Source: Calditrichaceae bacterium
GTDB lineage: Bacteria; Calditrichota; Calditrichia; Calditrichales; JBFXGD01
Assembly: GCA_050173015.1 (NCBI GenBank)
Contig: JBFXLE010000013.1
Span: 38,263 to 102,262, forward strand
Length of the DNA stretch: 64,000 nucleotides
Direction: 5' to 3'
The translations under genes and the position numbers were made by a program. Under the pieces are notes generated by a model. That model worked only from the letters and a program-made list of their open reading frames with translations, was not told the DNA's origin and ran no database searches. This document shows positions 19,560 through 29,663 of this stretch, piece by piece; the first letter of the stretch is position 1, and each line of letters opens with the position of its first letter.

Positions 19560-19688
19560 TTTTAAGGGTAGATAGTTTCTCTTGAATTAGGATCGGCTCT
19601 CTCGGTCGGGTATCACCTTCCAAATTAAATAAATTTTTCTTTTTATTCAGCATTTCTTATATTGATCACTTTTTTAGGAGGGTCTCAA

Positions 19689-20693
19689 TTGAACTCAAAA
19701 AATTTACCGTCAAAATATCCCCAAAAAATTTATGAATTTATTGTCTCGAATAATAATTTTCTGTTATCCGCGCATATGAATGCCGATGGAGACGCGATCG
19801 CATCCGTAGTTGCGGTCAGTCTGTTACTTGATTCTTTAAAAAAAAACTATATCATGGTGTTTCATGATCAGAAGGTGGATCTTAAATACCAATATTTGAA
19901 AAACTCCGACCGGATCATGCATTACGAAGAAAATGTTGATTTTGGGAAATATTTGCCATCGGGGAAAATTGAGAGCGCCATCATTCTCGATGTCCCCGGC
20001 TATAAGAGACTCGGCGATGTTTCAGCGCTTCTTCCCGATAGAAAAAATGTTGTCAAAATTGATCATCATCCCATCGAGGATGTGATGGGCGAGATCGATT
20101 GGATTGATGAAAGCGCATCATCGACAACAGCAATGTTTTATGAAGTCATCGATATCTCAGAAATGGATATAGATGTTGAGCTTGCCAAGGCTGTTTTTAC
20201 AGGTATTGTTTATGATACCGGCCGTTTTTCATTTTCGAATACCTCCGCCAGAGATCTTTATATCTGCTCCAGGATGGTGGAAAAAGGAGCAAAGCCCGAT
20301 GAAATTACCGACAGGCTGTTTTTTCAAAACAGCATCGCTGCTCTCAGAACAATAGGAAAGGGGCTGAATTCTCTTGAATCTCACCTGGACGGCCTTGTGA
20401 GTGTTGTTTATCTGAGTAATGAAGATCTGACCGGAAATAACCAGAGTGAAATAGAGGAACTTGCTAACTACAGCGTGGCGATTAAAGGCAGTAAAATTGG
20501 ACTTTTTATTCGCGAAGCTCAGCCCGGATTTCATAAAGTCAGTTTTCGATCAAAATGTGATGTCGATGTCAATGTGGTTGCCAAAGCTCTAAACGGAGGC
20601 GGTCATGCGCGCGCCGCAGGCGCAAGACTGACCGGCACAAAAGATGAGATCATTAATAAAATCCTACTGGAAATAAAAAAACAGATAAAATAA
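19689..20693 (+). CDS. nrnA: DHH/DHHA1 phosphoesterase (NrnA-like)
   Basis: HMNADGDA, IDHH, DTGRF, SFRS, GGGHARAAG; probable TTG start after AGGAGG. Confidence 0.85.
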   Translation: MNSKNLPSKYPQKIYEFIVSNNNFLLSAHMNADGDAIASVVAVSLLLDSLKKNYIMVFHDQKVDLKYQYLKNSDRIMHYEENVDFGKYLPSGKIESAIILDVPGYKRLGDVSALLPDRKNVVKIDHHPIEDVMGEIDWIDESASSTTAMFYEVIDISEMDIDVELAKAVFTGIVYDTGRFSFSNTSARDLYICSRMVEKGAKPDEITDRLFFQNSIAALRTIGKGLNSLESHLDGLVSVVYLSNEDLTGNNQSEIEELANYSVAIKGSKIGLFIREAQPGFHKVSFRSKCDVDVNVVAKALNGGGHARAAGARLTGTKDEIINKILLEIKKQIK

Positions 20694-20713
20694 GCCGGAT
20701 CAGCGATCCACAG

Positions 20714-20854
20714 GTGTACCATACAGTACACTTTGCCGTACGGTCCGGTACAATATAGCCCGCCCATCTTCTATCTTCCTTATACATCAACTTCCATAAA
20801 TGTTTGTATTTACTGAATTTAAATTCCTGTAAGAATTGTTGGCACGGATTCTGT
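20714..20854 (+). promoter_or_regulatory. Candidate sigma54 promoter with two upstream enhancer-like sites
   Basis: TGT-N10-ACA (20715-20730) and CGT-N10-ACA (20737-20752); TGGCACG-N4-CTGT at 20840-20854. Confidence 0.45.
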
Positions 20855-20953
20855 ATAATATTCCGGCAGCATAGCAAATACCCAATGGATTAGTTCCGCG
20901 GGCCCGGAAAATATCCTATCATTTATCATCAAATCAGATATGGGAGATTTAAA

Positions 20954-21931
20954 ATGAAGAAAATATTATTTATTATGTCCGGTATCGCGATGTTGTATTT
21001 CGCGGGTTGTCAAAATTCCAATGATCCTTCATTGTCGGGTGTTGAGGAAAGCGCGAATAATGAAGCGATTGAATATATCCTCGAACAGGATTCGGTTGAT
21101 GTTCTTTTTGATCCGATTGATGATGGTTCCGAAGAAAATTTTGGCGATGAACCGGACTGGATGGCCGCAAAGATTACTGATACGAGCGCGGACAGCGTTT
21201 CTTACCGGTTTGGAAGAATCGGAACCCGACCGGTTGAGCGATCAATTCAAATTATATATGATACGGATACGACCGCGACAGCCTATATCTACAAGAAACT
21301 TGAAGGCAAGTTTATAGTCATCAAAAAAGAAATTCTGCCTGACACGGTACAATTGACAAGATATGAAAAACCGATGATTCATGAAACCAACAAAATCGTT
21401 CATCTGAAAAAAATCCGTAATACCGACCAACCGCGGCTGAACTGGAAAATCAGCGATATATCGCTTGCCGAAGGAAATTCACCCGATAATACTGTAAGGA
21501 TTGTGGAATTGACCATTATGCCTTCAGACCAGGATGAAGTAGTGATTACCGATCCTCTTGATTACTGGTTAAACGGCGTCAACGTATTTACTTTCCCGAG
21601 ATGGACCGATGTCAAGCTTCGCGCTGTGGTGGAAAACAGTTCGGCAAATAAGATAGAATACCCTCAAGGTACCGGAGCCACCGAGAAAGTGCTGCTTCAT
21701 TACGGGCGGAATCGCAGAGGTAATCATGCAAGATCGCCATTGTTTTGGGTAGGTCAGGATGAAAATGGTAACAATATCTATGAAGGCAGCTGGACAGTGA
21801 AACAGTTTGCCGGTTATCATCATGCCATCATTGATGTGATAGATAACGGCACAATTCTGGAAAATGACGGCGACACATTCCCCTACAATTCAAATACATG
21901 GTCGACACCATATCGTGTCACGAATTTTTAA
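20954..21931 (+). CDS. Hypothetical lipoprotein
   Basis: GGGAG RBS; MKK plus hydrophobic stretch and lipobox FAGC; 325-aa beta-rich ORF. Confidence 0.75.
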   Translation: MKKILFIMSGIAMLYFAGCQNSNDPSLSGVEESANNEAIEYILEQDSVDVLFDPIDDGSEENFGDEPDWMAAKITDTSADSVSYRFGRIGTRPVERSIQIIYDTDTTATAYIYKKLEGKFIVIKKEILPDTVQLTRYEKPMIHETNKIVHLKKIRNTDQPRLNWKISDISLAEGNSPDNTVRIVELTIMPSDQDEVVITDPLDYWLNGVNVFTFPRWTDVKLRAVVENSSANKIEYPQGTGATEKVLLHYGRNRRGNHARSPLFWVGQDENGNNIYEGSWTVKQFAGYHHAIIDVIDNGTILENDGDTFPYNSNTWSTPYRVTNF

Positions 21932-21949
21932 AACACTGAACATATTCAA

Positions 21950-21983
21950 GGCGCGTGGCCCAGATGCCGCGCGCCATTTTTTT
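21950..21983 (+). terminator. Intrinsic terminator
   Basis: GGCGCGTGGC-CCAGAT-GCCGCGCGCC followed by ATTTTTTT. Confidence 0.8.
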
Positions 21984-22085
21984 GTTTGATTTATGTAGTG
22001 TAATTTAAGAAATGAATGAAATTGCAATTAAATGGAGAATGGCTTAAACTTAAAATCAGATACTGTTTTCAGTGAAAGATTAAGG

Positions 22086-23582
22086 ATGAAAATAAAATAT
22101 TTTATATTACTGCTCGTGTTCGCGGTAAATCTAAACGGACAGACCACTGATGCCCAGGAAGTCCGGGACAGGCTGCAAAAACTCGCTTTGAAAATCACGA
22201 CAATAAGATCACAGGCGATTAGATACAATAATCAGGCGGCGATTGAAAAAATAGAAAATGCACAGCAGGAATATGTGCTCGCATTTGATTTTCTCCGACA
22301 GGATCCTCCGGATTTGCTCAAGGCCAAATTTCACTTCCTGAATGCCGACCGGCTTGCCAATCAGGCGGCTAAACTTGTACTATATGAACCTCTTTCCAGA
22401 TTAAAAAAAGAACTCGATCAGATGATGCACCGGGCGGAACTGGCGGTGCATCGCTCGGGGAGTGACGAAGCGCGGTATTTTCTGACAAAAGCAGGGGCGT
22501 TCAGGAATAAAGCAGAAGAAGAATTCAGAAACGGCCGGCCTATTCGCAGCCAGGAACTTGCGCGGATTTCATATTATTTTGCCCAGAAAACGATTGATAT
22601 AGCGGAGGGTAATTTAAATACCGGTATAACGGATAATGATTATGAAGATAAATTAATCAATATCGAAAACTTGTATAGCGAAGTTGCCGGCAGCATGGAA
22701 AAGAACACGGATCTGGATGATTTATTGAAAAAATCACGGCTGTTTATAGATAAATCATCAAAACTGTATGAACAGGGTTCGGTGAGACAAGCGTTGGTTC
22801 AATTACAGATAAGTGAACGTCTTTTATATCGCGCGCTGGATATTAGCCAGAGTAAGGGAACAAACCGCGAGAACGAGTACAAAATCAATTTATATTCATT
22901 AAGACGATATATTGAAGCCGTGGAGTCCGGTTTTTCAGAAAATACTCCCGCGCGTGCCGGTGAGTTTCTCCGCAAAGCAAAGCAATTTTATCTGGGTGCT
23001 GAGAAAGCATTGGATTCAAAAAAATATAAGGAATTTGAGAGCAACGTCGCCTTGTCCAATCGTTTTGCAGGCAAAGCGCTGCAGCTGAGTACTGCCGAGA
23101 CCGATGATGATTTTGAAAATATACCGGACCGGCTTAATGAGATCGGGCAGATTTTCCGGCTACAGAATGCAAAAGCAGTTAATTCGGGGAATACAATTGT
23201 AATTTTTTTTAATGAAGAGGCGGGAAGAAATCTAAATATGGCCCGGCGCGCTTATGCAAACGGTAACAGTGTGAAAGCCCTGGTACGGCTGCAAATAGCG
23301 CTTCGCTTCATAAATCGCGCTGAATACATGCTGGGCAGGCAGGAAGACTCCGAACTCAGCGACATGGACTTTGAAGGATTCATAAACCGTTATAATGATA
23401 TACTTGATAGATTAAAACAAAATCGGGAAATCGACAGCAGAATGGTTTCAATGATAGAAGCCATAGAAGATATGCTGGATATTCTGGTAATGAATTACAG
23501 AAAGGGAGATATCGGGACTGCTTCTGAACTTGCAAATATTATTCAAAGCCAGGTGAATGAATTGTTGAAAAAAAGCCGTTGA
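22086..23582 (+). CDS. Hypothetical secreted all-alpha repeat protein
   Basis: Signal peptide from ATG 22086; recurring helical-hairpin pattern (FLxKA...A...). Confidence 0.65.
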   Translation: MKIKYFILLLVFAVNLNGQTTDAQEVRDRLQKLALKITTIRSQAIRYNNQAAIEKIENAQQEYVLAFDFLRQDPPDLLKAKFHFLNADRLANQAAKLVLYEPLSRLKKELDQMMHRAELAVHRSGSDEARYFLTKAGAFRNKAEEEFRNGRPIRSQELARISYYFAQKTIDIAEGNLNTGITDNDYEDKLINIENLYSEVAGSMEKNTDLDDLLKKSRLFIDKSSKLYEQGSVRQALVQLQISERLLYRALDISQSKGTNRENEYKINLYSLRRYIEAVESGFSENTPARAGEFLRKAKQFYLGAEKALDSKKYKEFESNVALSNRFAGKALQLSTAETDDDFENIPDRLNEIGQIFRLQNAKAVNSGNTIVIFFNEEAGRNLNMARRAYANGNSVKALVRLQIALRFINRAEYMLGRQEDSELSDMDFEGFINRYNDILDRLKQNREIDSRMVSMIEAIEDMLDILVMNYRKGDIGTASELANIIQSQVNELLKKSR

Positions 23583-25120
23583 GTAGTAATTGCATGATTA
23601 AATCAATCCGTATGTTCATGTTATTGACTTTTGCGGCTCTGACCGGGCAACTGGCAGCCCAAAGCAACCCATCCCATAACTATCAACTCCTTCTTGAGGA
23701 AATCAGCTTCTTCCAACAATATTATCCATTGGAAAACAATACTCAGGCGCTGCTTGACTCTGCCGCAGCCTATGCAGAGAGCAGTGATTTTGATATGGCT
23801 TCGGTTTTTCTTGAACAGATTGTCTCAAAAATAACAACAGAGCACACGATAGCGGCGCCCGAAGACGAAAAATCTATTATTATGAATTCTGATCAATATG
23901 ACCGGTTTGAATGGATGGTCAGATCGGGGATTGATTTTAATCGCCAGGAATTTGAAATTAATTATGTAGAAAACGATTCGCTTCTCATAGAAGAGATACA
24001 AAAGCCATTTATTGGACTGGAAACACGGTATTGGCTTTTCCGAAAACCCGGCGGCGCGGGTTTGATGGTTAAAAATAATTTCCGGTATGATGAAGAAAGC
24101 CTTGAGGAGACACTGGAAATCAGGCATATTTTTTCCGGCTTAAATTTAAACGGGTATACAGAATTCGGATTCAGTTATGACAGAAACAATGTATATGAAG
24201 ATCTGGGATATTTGGAGACCAGCGGAATACAGTATCTGAGCTGGAATATTACACCTGCATATCAGTTACAATTAGATAATACCATCCGGTACAAAAAATA
24301 TAAAAACGCGTCCGAAAGCATCCCTGATTTTGTAAAAAACACACTAAGTCTGAATTTATATCATTTTAACAGATCCGGAAGATCGATAAATTACTATTAT
24401 AACGCGGATTTGAATGAAAGTCTAAAATACTCAAATAATGATTTTTTAGAACAGAATATTAAATTGTCATTCGGTAATTGGCTTACAAATTCTTTCAATA
24501 ATGAATTAAGTCTGGGTTTCCGTCACAATCGTTATGAATATTCGTTTGACGGGAGTGTGACACATAACCAGTCGAGATTGTTTTCCGCGGGGACGGAAGC
24601 CGCTTTCTTATTGATGAAGAATTTGTTTTGGGAATCGGAATACGTTCTGGATTATAAAAATTATTCGCAAAAATCAGGACAGGAACCGGATTACATAAGG
24701 CATCAGTTTGAATCGGTGGTAAAAAAATATTTTAATGATAATTTTGATTTTCAATTGGGTTACCTGTTTGAATCAAGGCATCATTTCAATAATGCAAATG
24801 CCGGGGAAGTCTATGTGGATGAGCAAAATTATACGGGTAACGGAGTCACTACGGGGTTTGATTATACGGGAAAAGAAAATACATTCATTTCCTTAAGTGC
24901 CTCTTATACATGGCGAAGATATCCTCACGCGCAGGATGCGGCATTATCAGTTTATTCGGATCGTAATGTGTTTAGTCTTTTTGTAATCGGGCAGATCCCG
25001 GTTGCGGGGAATGTTACCGCGAATGTTTTTGCTTCCTATGACAACGATCAGGATAAAGACAGGGACAGAAATGATACCAGAAGCGCGTTTTTTACATTCG
25101 AAATCGAATATAAGTTTTGA
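23579..25120 (+). CDS. Hypothetical outer-membrane beta-barrel protein
   Basis: Signal peptide; alternating aromatic/polar strands; C-terminal FEIEYKF BAM-type signature; start codon uncertain (23579 or 23594). Confidence 0.65.
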   Translation: MSSNCMIKSIRMFMLLTFAALTGQLAAQSNPSHNYQLLLEEISFFQQYYPLENNTQALLDSAAAYAESSDFDMASVFLEQIVSKITTEHTIAAPEDEKSIIMNSDQYDRFEWMVRSGIDFNRQEFEINYVENDSLLIEEIQKPFIGLETRYWLFRKPGGAGLMVKNNFRYDEESLEETLEIRHIFSGLNLNGYTEFGFSYDRNNVYEDLGYLETSGIQYLSWNITPAYQLQLDNTIRYKKYKNASESIPDFVKNTLSLNLYHFNRSGRSINYYYNADLNESLKYSNNDFLEQNIKLSFGNWLTNSFNNELSLGFRHNRYEYSFDGSVTHNQSRLFSAGTEAAFLLMKNLFWESEYVLDYKNYSQKSGQEPDYIRHQFESVVKKYFNDNFDFQLGYLFESRHHFNNANAGEVYVDEQNYTGNGVTTGFDYTGKENTFISLSASYTWRRYPHAQDAALSVYSDRNVFSLFVIGQIPVAGNVTANVFASYDNDQDKDRDRNDTRSAFFTFEIEYKF

Positions 25121-25513
25121 CCACCTGAGTCTGTGATTTAATTAAGTAGAGTGATCAACTGAAACTATAATAGTAATCAATCGTACAATTTAAATAGAAT
25201 GGGATTATGACTTTGTCTTCTTATCTGATCAAAGTTTAAATATTATAATTAACTTGATTTCAAATAAGTAGATTAATATATTCCAAGTGTTTTAAGTTTT
25301 CTGCCGTCAGTTAAAATTAGACTAAAGTTTTAAGCCTTCAAGACTTTATTTATTTTATTATTACGGTTCTCTTTTTATCGGAAAATTTTGTTTCAAGTTC
25401 AGTAGTCATCTGAAATACTAAAATATCGTGAATACATTTTCAGCAATGTTCAATTTAAGTCTGCGGGATTACTGTGTTCTAAAAGATGTTTTTAATCTTC
25501 TTAGGAGTTTCTA

Positions 25514-26710
25514 ATGGAATTAATTAATCTCTTTCTTCTTTCAGCTTATTTGAAGAAGTGGTCATATGGAGATGGCCGGATTTCAATAAATTATTCTTAT
25601 TGTACAGAGCATGGATATGACCGGCACCATATTGATATGCGAATCGGATCGCCCGGAAATATGGTAAACGAAATAATGAACAATGTTTTTTACAGGGCCA
25701 AGGAAAAGATTTTTGCTGACCAGAACGGCTCTGATGATGCCGCGGCCACTCCCACCATCAATCTGGTAAATGATTCAGAAGTAAATCGAAAATTATCAAT
25801 ATACATCTCAAAGATCCTTAAGGAATTCAATCATAATAAACGAAGCCGCGGCAGGTCGAGAATGATATCGACACGCAGCCTTGATTTTTATTACAATGAT
25901 TTTGAGTTCGAGCCGTTAAGCAATGATATAAAATTTTATGTTCACCTGAACAGAGGTGTCAATAAAATAAACGGTGATCTCTGGGAAAATGCGGTTGAGG
26001 ATATTAAACAGGCTTTACAGTACAAGCCGGATGATGTCATGGCGAATAAATATATAGCGCAGGCATTGAACAAATTAGGCAAATATGAGCAAGCCCTTCC
26101 GCATTTTAAAATATGCGCTGAATACGAAAAAACACCTGAGAATCTGAATTCCCTTGCCGGGGCGTATGCGCAGGTCAGTGAATATAAGAACGCGGAATCT
26201 GTCTATAAAGTAATCGGGAAAAAATATCCTGACTCGAATCTCGCTCTGTTCGGCAGGGCGCAGCTTGCATATAAACTTGGAAAAGGGTTCAAATCAATTC
26301 TCGATAAAATATTTAAGAGCGATCCCGAATGGCTGAGAGATCAACTCAAAACCAATTGGGAATATAAAATTCCGGAGAATTCAGAAGATGAATCGTCCAT
26401 GTGGAATGCGGCTACAGCGGCTCGTTATCTAGGCTTTGAACGTCCTTTTGATTTGACGCGGCGCGCGTTTAACGACGATCTTCCCTCCTATTTCGATTCC
26501 GAACGCGGAACTATCCGTTTTGTCAAATCGGAGCTTGATAATTGGGTTGAACTTTCAAACCGGTATCAGTTGGACGGCGAAACCTACAAAACGTATGAAG
26601 ATAAACTGCTGCCCGCAGAAAAAGCAAAAGCGCGCAAAAAAAGAACCGTAAAAAAGAAATCGGAACAGGACACAGACGCGAACTATGAAGACGGTGCTGT
26701 TGCCCTGTAA
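25514..26710 (+). CDS. TPR protein with C-terminal excisionase/MerR-like HTH
   Basis: AGGAG RBS; central TPRs; MWNAATAARYLG...IRFVKSELDNWV; Lys-rich tail. Confidence 0.65.
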   Translation: MELINLFLLSAYLKKWSYGDGRISINYSYCTEHGYDRHHIDMRIGSPGNMVNEIMNNVFYRAKEKIFADQNGSDDAAATPTINLVNDSEVNRKLSIYISKILKEFNHNKRSRGRSRMISTRSLDFYYNDFEFEPLSNDIKFYVHLNRGVNKINGDLWENAVEDIKQALQYKPDDVMANKYIAQALNKLGKYEQALPHFKICAEYEKTPENLNSLAGAYAQVSEYKNAESVYKVIGKKYPDSNLALFGRAQLAYKLGKGFKSILDKIFKSDPEWLRDQLKTNWEYKIPENSEDESSMWNAATAARYLGFERPFDLTRRAFNDDLPSYFDSERGTIRFVKSELDNWVELSNRYQLDGETYKTYEDKLLPAEKAKARKKRTVKKKSEQDTDANYEDGAVAL

Positions 26711-26737
26711 AGTTTAAATAGAATACAGAATTCATAT

Positions 26738-26774
26738 AAATCCTTCCGGACTTTGCCCGGGAGGATTTTTTTTT
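26738..26774 (+). terminator. Intrinsic terminator
   Basis: AAATCCTTCCGG...CCGGGAGGATTTTTTTTT. Confidence 0.8.
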
Positions 26775-26838
26775 GAGCATTTTTACTGAGATATCATTAA
26801 GTTTATAAGGAATTTTGACTACAATTAACCGGGATAAA

Positions 26839-28254
26839 ATGAGTAAAAAACTATTATTAATAAATCCCTGGATATATGACTTCACCGCATATGATTTATG
26901 GGGTAAACCGCTGGGGCTTCTCTATATTGGATCATTCCTGAAAAAATTCGGATTTGATATCAAATATATCGATTGTCTTGACAAGTATTCGGGGGACAAC
27001 AATAAAGTCTCCGTCAAAAAATACGGGACCGGTTCATACCGCAGAGAGATAATTCAAAAACCAGAAGTGTTAAATCATATTCCCAGGAAATACGCCCGAT
27101 ACGGAACTAGTGAAGAGCTGTTCATACGTCAGCTAAAGGAGAACAAAACCGCCGACGCGGTTCTTGTGACGTCAATTATGACCTACTGGTATCCGGGGGT
27201 AAAGCGGGTTGTTGAACTGGTAAGAGAGCATCTTCCCGGAGCGGTGGTTATTTTGGGTGGAATTTACGCGACATTGCTGCCGGATCACGCGCGTGAAACG
27301 GTCCGGCCGGATCATATCATTACCGGTCCTGGTGAAATAAAAGTGTTGCGACTGTTAAAGGATATCTTCAAACTTGAAATCGATGAATCGCTTATTCCCA
27401 AAAAACTGGATGATTATCCGTATCCCGCTTTCGAACTGATCCATAAGCCGGATTATCTTGTGATGATGACCGCCCGCGGATGTCCTTATGATTGCTCGTT
27501 CTGCGCACAGAAACAGATATCGATGAATTTTACGCAACGGGATCCCTCCCATGTTGTCGATGAATTTGTTGAGCAATACAGAAAGTTTAAACTGCGCGAT
27601 TTTGCATTTTATGATGATGCGCTTTTTATAAATAAAAAACGACATATTGAAGTCATTCTAAATCAGCTGATTGAGAAACGGCTGCCAATTCGTCTGCATT
27701 CACCAAATGGATTATTTGCCAAATATGTGGATCAGGAACTCGCGGAACTGATGTACCGGGCTCATTTCAAAACCATCCGGCTGAGTTTCGAAACATCCAA
27801 TGAATCGCGCAGAAAAGACATGTATTCAAAAGTCACGAATGCGGATATGATAACGGCTGTGGAAAATCTGAATCGGGCGGGATTCAAATCAAAAGACCTG
27901 GAAGCTTATGTACTGATGGGATTACCCGGACAGGATATCGAAGAAGTGGCTGCAAGCGTCATTTTTGCGCATAATCTAGGAGTACAGGTTCGTTTGGCGT
28001 CATTTTCTCCCATCCCCGGGACAAAGGATTTTCAGCGAGCGGTGGAACAGGGATATATACCTGAAAATATCGATCCGCTTCTGACAAATAAATCTATTTT
28101 CCCCTTAAGCAATGAGACTGTCAATTATGAAGCTTACAGGAAACTGAGGACATTCTCGAACATATTAAACGAAGCGGCCATGAGAGAATTATCATTATTT
28201 ACGGATATATCAATCGGCAAGGCCATAAGAAAGGTGATAGGGCAAATTCAATGA
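26839..28254 (+). CDS. Radical SAM protein with B12-binding-like N-terminus
   Basis: LLINP, PLGLLYI, ILGGIYAT; RGCPYDCSFC (CxxxCxxC); FYDD; GLPGQ. Confidence 0.88.
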   Translation: MSKKLLLINPWIYDFTAYDLWGKPLGLLYIGSFLKKFGFDIKYIDCLDKYSGDNNKVSVKKYGTGSYRREIIQKPEVLNHIPRKYARYGTSEELFIRQLKENKTADAVLVTSIMTYWYPGVKRVVELVREHLPGAVVILGGIYATLLPDHARETVRPDHIITGPGEIKVLRLLKDIFKLEIDESLIPKKLDDYPYPAFELIHKPDYLVMMTARGCPYDCSFCAQKQISMNFTQRDPSHVVDEFVEQYRKFKLRDFAFYDDALFINKKRHIEVILNQLIEKRLPIRLHSPNGLFAKYVDQELAELMYRAHFKTIRLSFETSNESRRKDMYSKVTNADMITAVENLNRAGFKSKDLEAYVLMGLPGQDIEEVAASVIFAHNLGVQVRLASFSPIPGTKDFQRAVEQGYIPENIDPLLTNKSIFPLSNETVNYEAYRKLRTFSNILNEAAMRELSLFTDISIGKAIRKVIGQIQ

Positions 28255-29663
28255 CAGAAAAAAAATATCCGGTCGGCAGAGGCAGGGATTACGAATTTAA
28301 GATAGAAAAACTGGCATTTGGCGGCGCCGGAGTGGCAAGAATAGATAATTATGTTGTTTTTGTGAAAAATGCGCTGCCGGGAGATCGGGTTATTGCCAGA
28401 ATAACAAAAAGAAAATCAACATTCGCGGAAGCCAGACTGGTTTCCATCATTGATAAATCCCCGCTAAGAACAGACGCGCCCTGTCCTCATTTCGAATGGT
28501 GCGGCGGATGCACATGGCAAAACCTGTCTTATGAAGATCAGCTGGATCATAAGTTCAAAATTGTGGAAGAATCACTTCATCACATCGCGGGTTTAAAAGA
28601 GATTCCGGTAAAACGGGTCCTTCCATCTGAAAAAATAGTCAGTTACCGCAACAAGATGGAATTTTCATTTTCTGACCGCAAATGGCTGACGCCCGAGCAG
28701 CTTGATGATAAGTCGATCAGCAAGGAATTCGCTCTCGGTTTACATGTGCCGGGAACTTTTGATAAGATTTTGCACATTGATCGGTGTTTGCTTCAGTCGG
28801 ATACAGCAAATGACATTCTCTCTTTTATTTCGGAGTATGTGCAAAAAAACGGACTTGAGCCATACGGTATAAAGTCGCACAAAGGATTCTTGCGTTTTCT
28901 TGTTCTAAGGGAGAGTACTTATACCGGTAAACTGATGGTAAATATTGTCACTGCTTATGAGAATACAAAAACACTAAAAAAGCTGGCTGATGAATTAATA
29001 AGCTGTTTCCCTTCGATCGGCAGTATTGTCAATAATATCAATAGCCGGCTCGCGCAAATTGCTGTTGGGGATATAGAAATCCTCCTTGCGGGTGAACCGG
29101 TGATACAGGAAAAGCTGGGAGAGTTTGAGTTTAATATCTCTGCCAATTCATTTTTCCAGACAAATACTTTGCAGGCTGAGAATCTTTATAAAAAAGTGAT
29201 GGAATTCGCTGATTTGAATCCAAATCAGATCGTTTGGGATTTATATGCCGGGACAGGTACCATAAGCCTTTTTCTTGCGCAAAAAGCCCGGCAGGTGATC
29301 GGATTTGAGCTGGCGGAAAGCGCGGTAAAAGATGCTGAAAAAAACGCGACGGACCATGGAATTGAAAATGCTTCTTTCGTCGGTGGGGATCTGTTGAAAG
29401 AATTGATGAAAGTGAATCCAAAACCGGATGTGGTTGTGACGGATCCGCCGCGCGCGGGAATGCATGAGAAGGTGGTGGAGTATCTTAATACACTCTCCCC
29501 GGAACGAATCGTTTATGTTTCATGTAATCCAACCACGCTCTCGAGGGATTTGGCTATTCTTGAAAAAAAATATGCCATTGATGAAGTCCAGCCGGTCGAT
29601 ATGTTCCCGCATACCTATCATATAGAAACGGTGGTCAAATTGAGCAGGAAGAAAGAGAAGTAG
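28251..29663 (+). CDS. rlmD: 23S rRNA m5U1939 methyltransferase
   Basis: TRAM domain, CPHFEWCGGC, YRNKMEF, SFFQTN, DLYAGTG, DPPRAG, YVSCNP, DMFPHTYHIE. Confidence 0.93.
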   Translation: MTEKKYPVGRGRDYEFKIEKLAFGGAGVARIDNYVVFVKNALPGDRVIARITKRKSTFAEARLVSIIDKSPLRTDAPCPHFEWCGGCTWQNLSYEDQLDHKFKIVEESLHHIAGLKEIPVKRVLPSEKIVSYRNKMEFSFSDRKWLTPEQLDDKSISKEFALGLHVPGTFDKILHIDRCLLQSDTANDILSFISEYVQKNGLEPYGIKSHKGFLRFLVLRESTYTGKLMVNIVTAYENTKTLKKLADELISCFPSIGSIVNNINSRLAQIAVGDIEILLAGEPVIQEKLGEFEFNISANSFFQTNTLQAENLYKKVMEFADLNPNQIVWDLYAGTGTISLFLAQKARQVIGFELAESAVKDAEKNATDHGIENASFVGGDLLKELMKVNPKPDVVVTDPPRAGMHEKVVEYLNTLSPERIVYVSCNPTTLSRDLAILEKKYAIDEVQPVDMFPHTYHIETVVKLSRKKEK

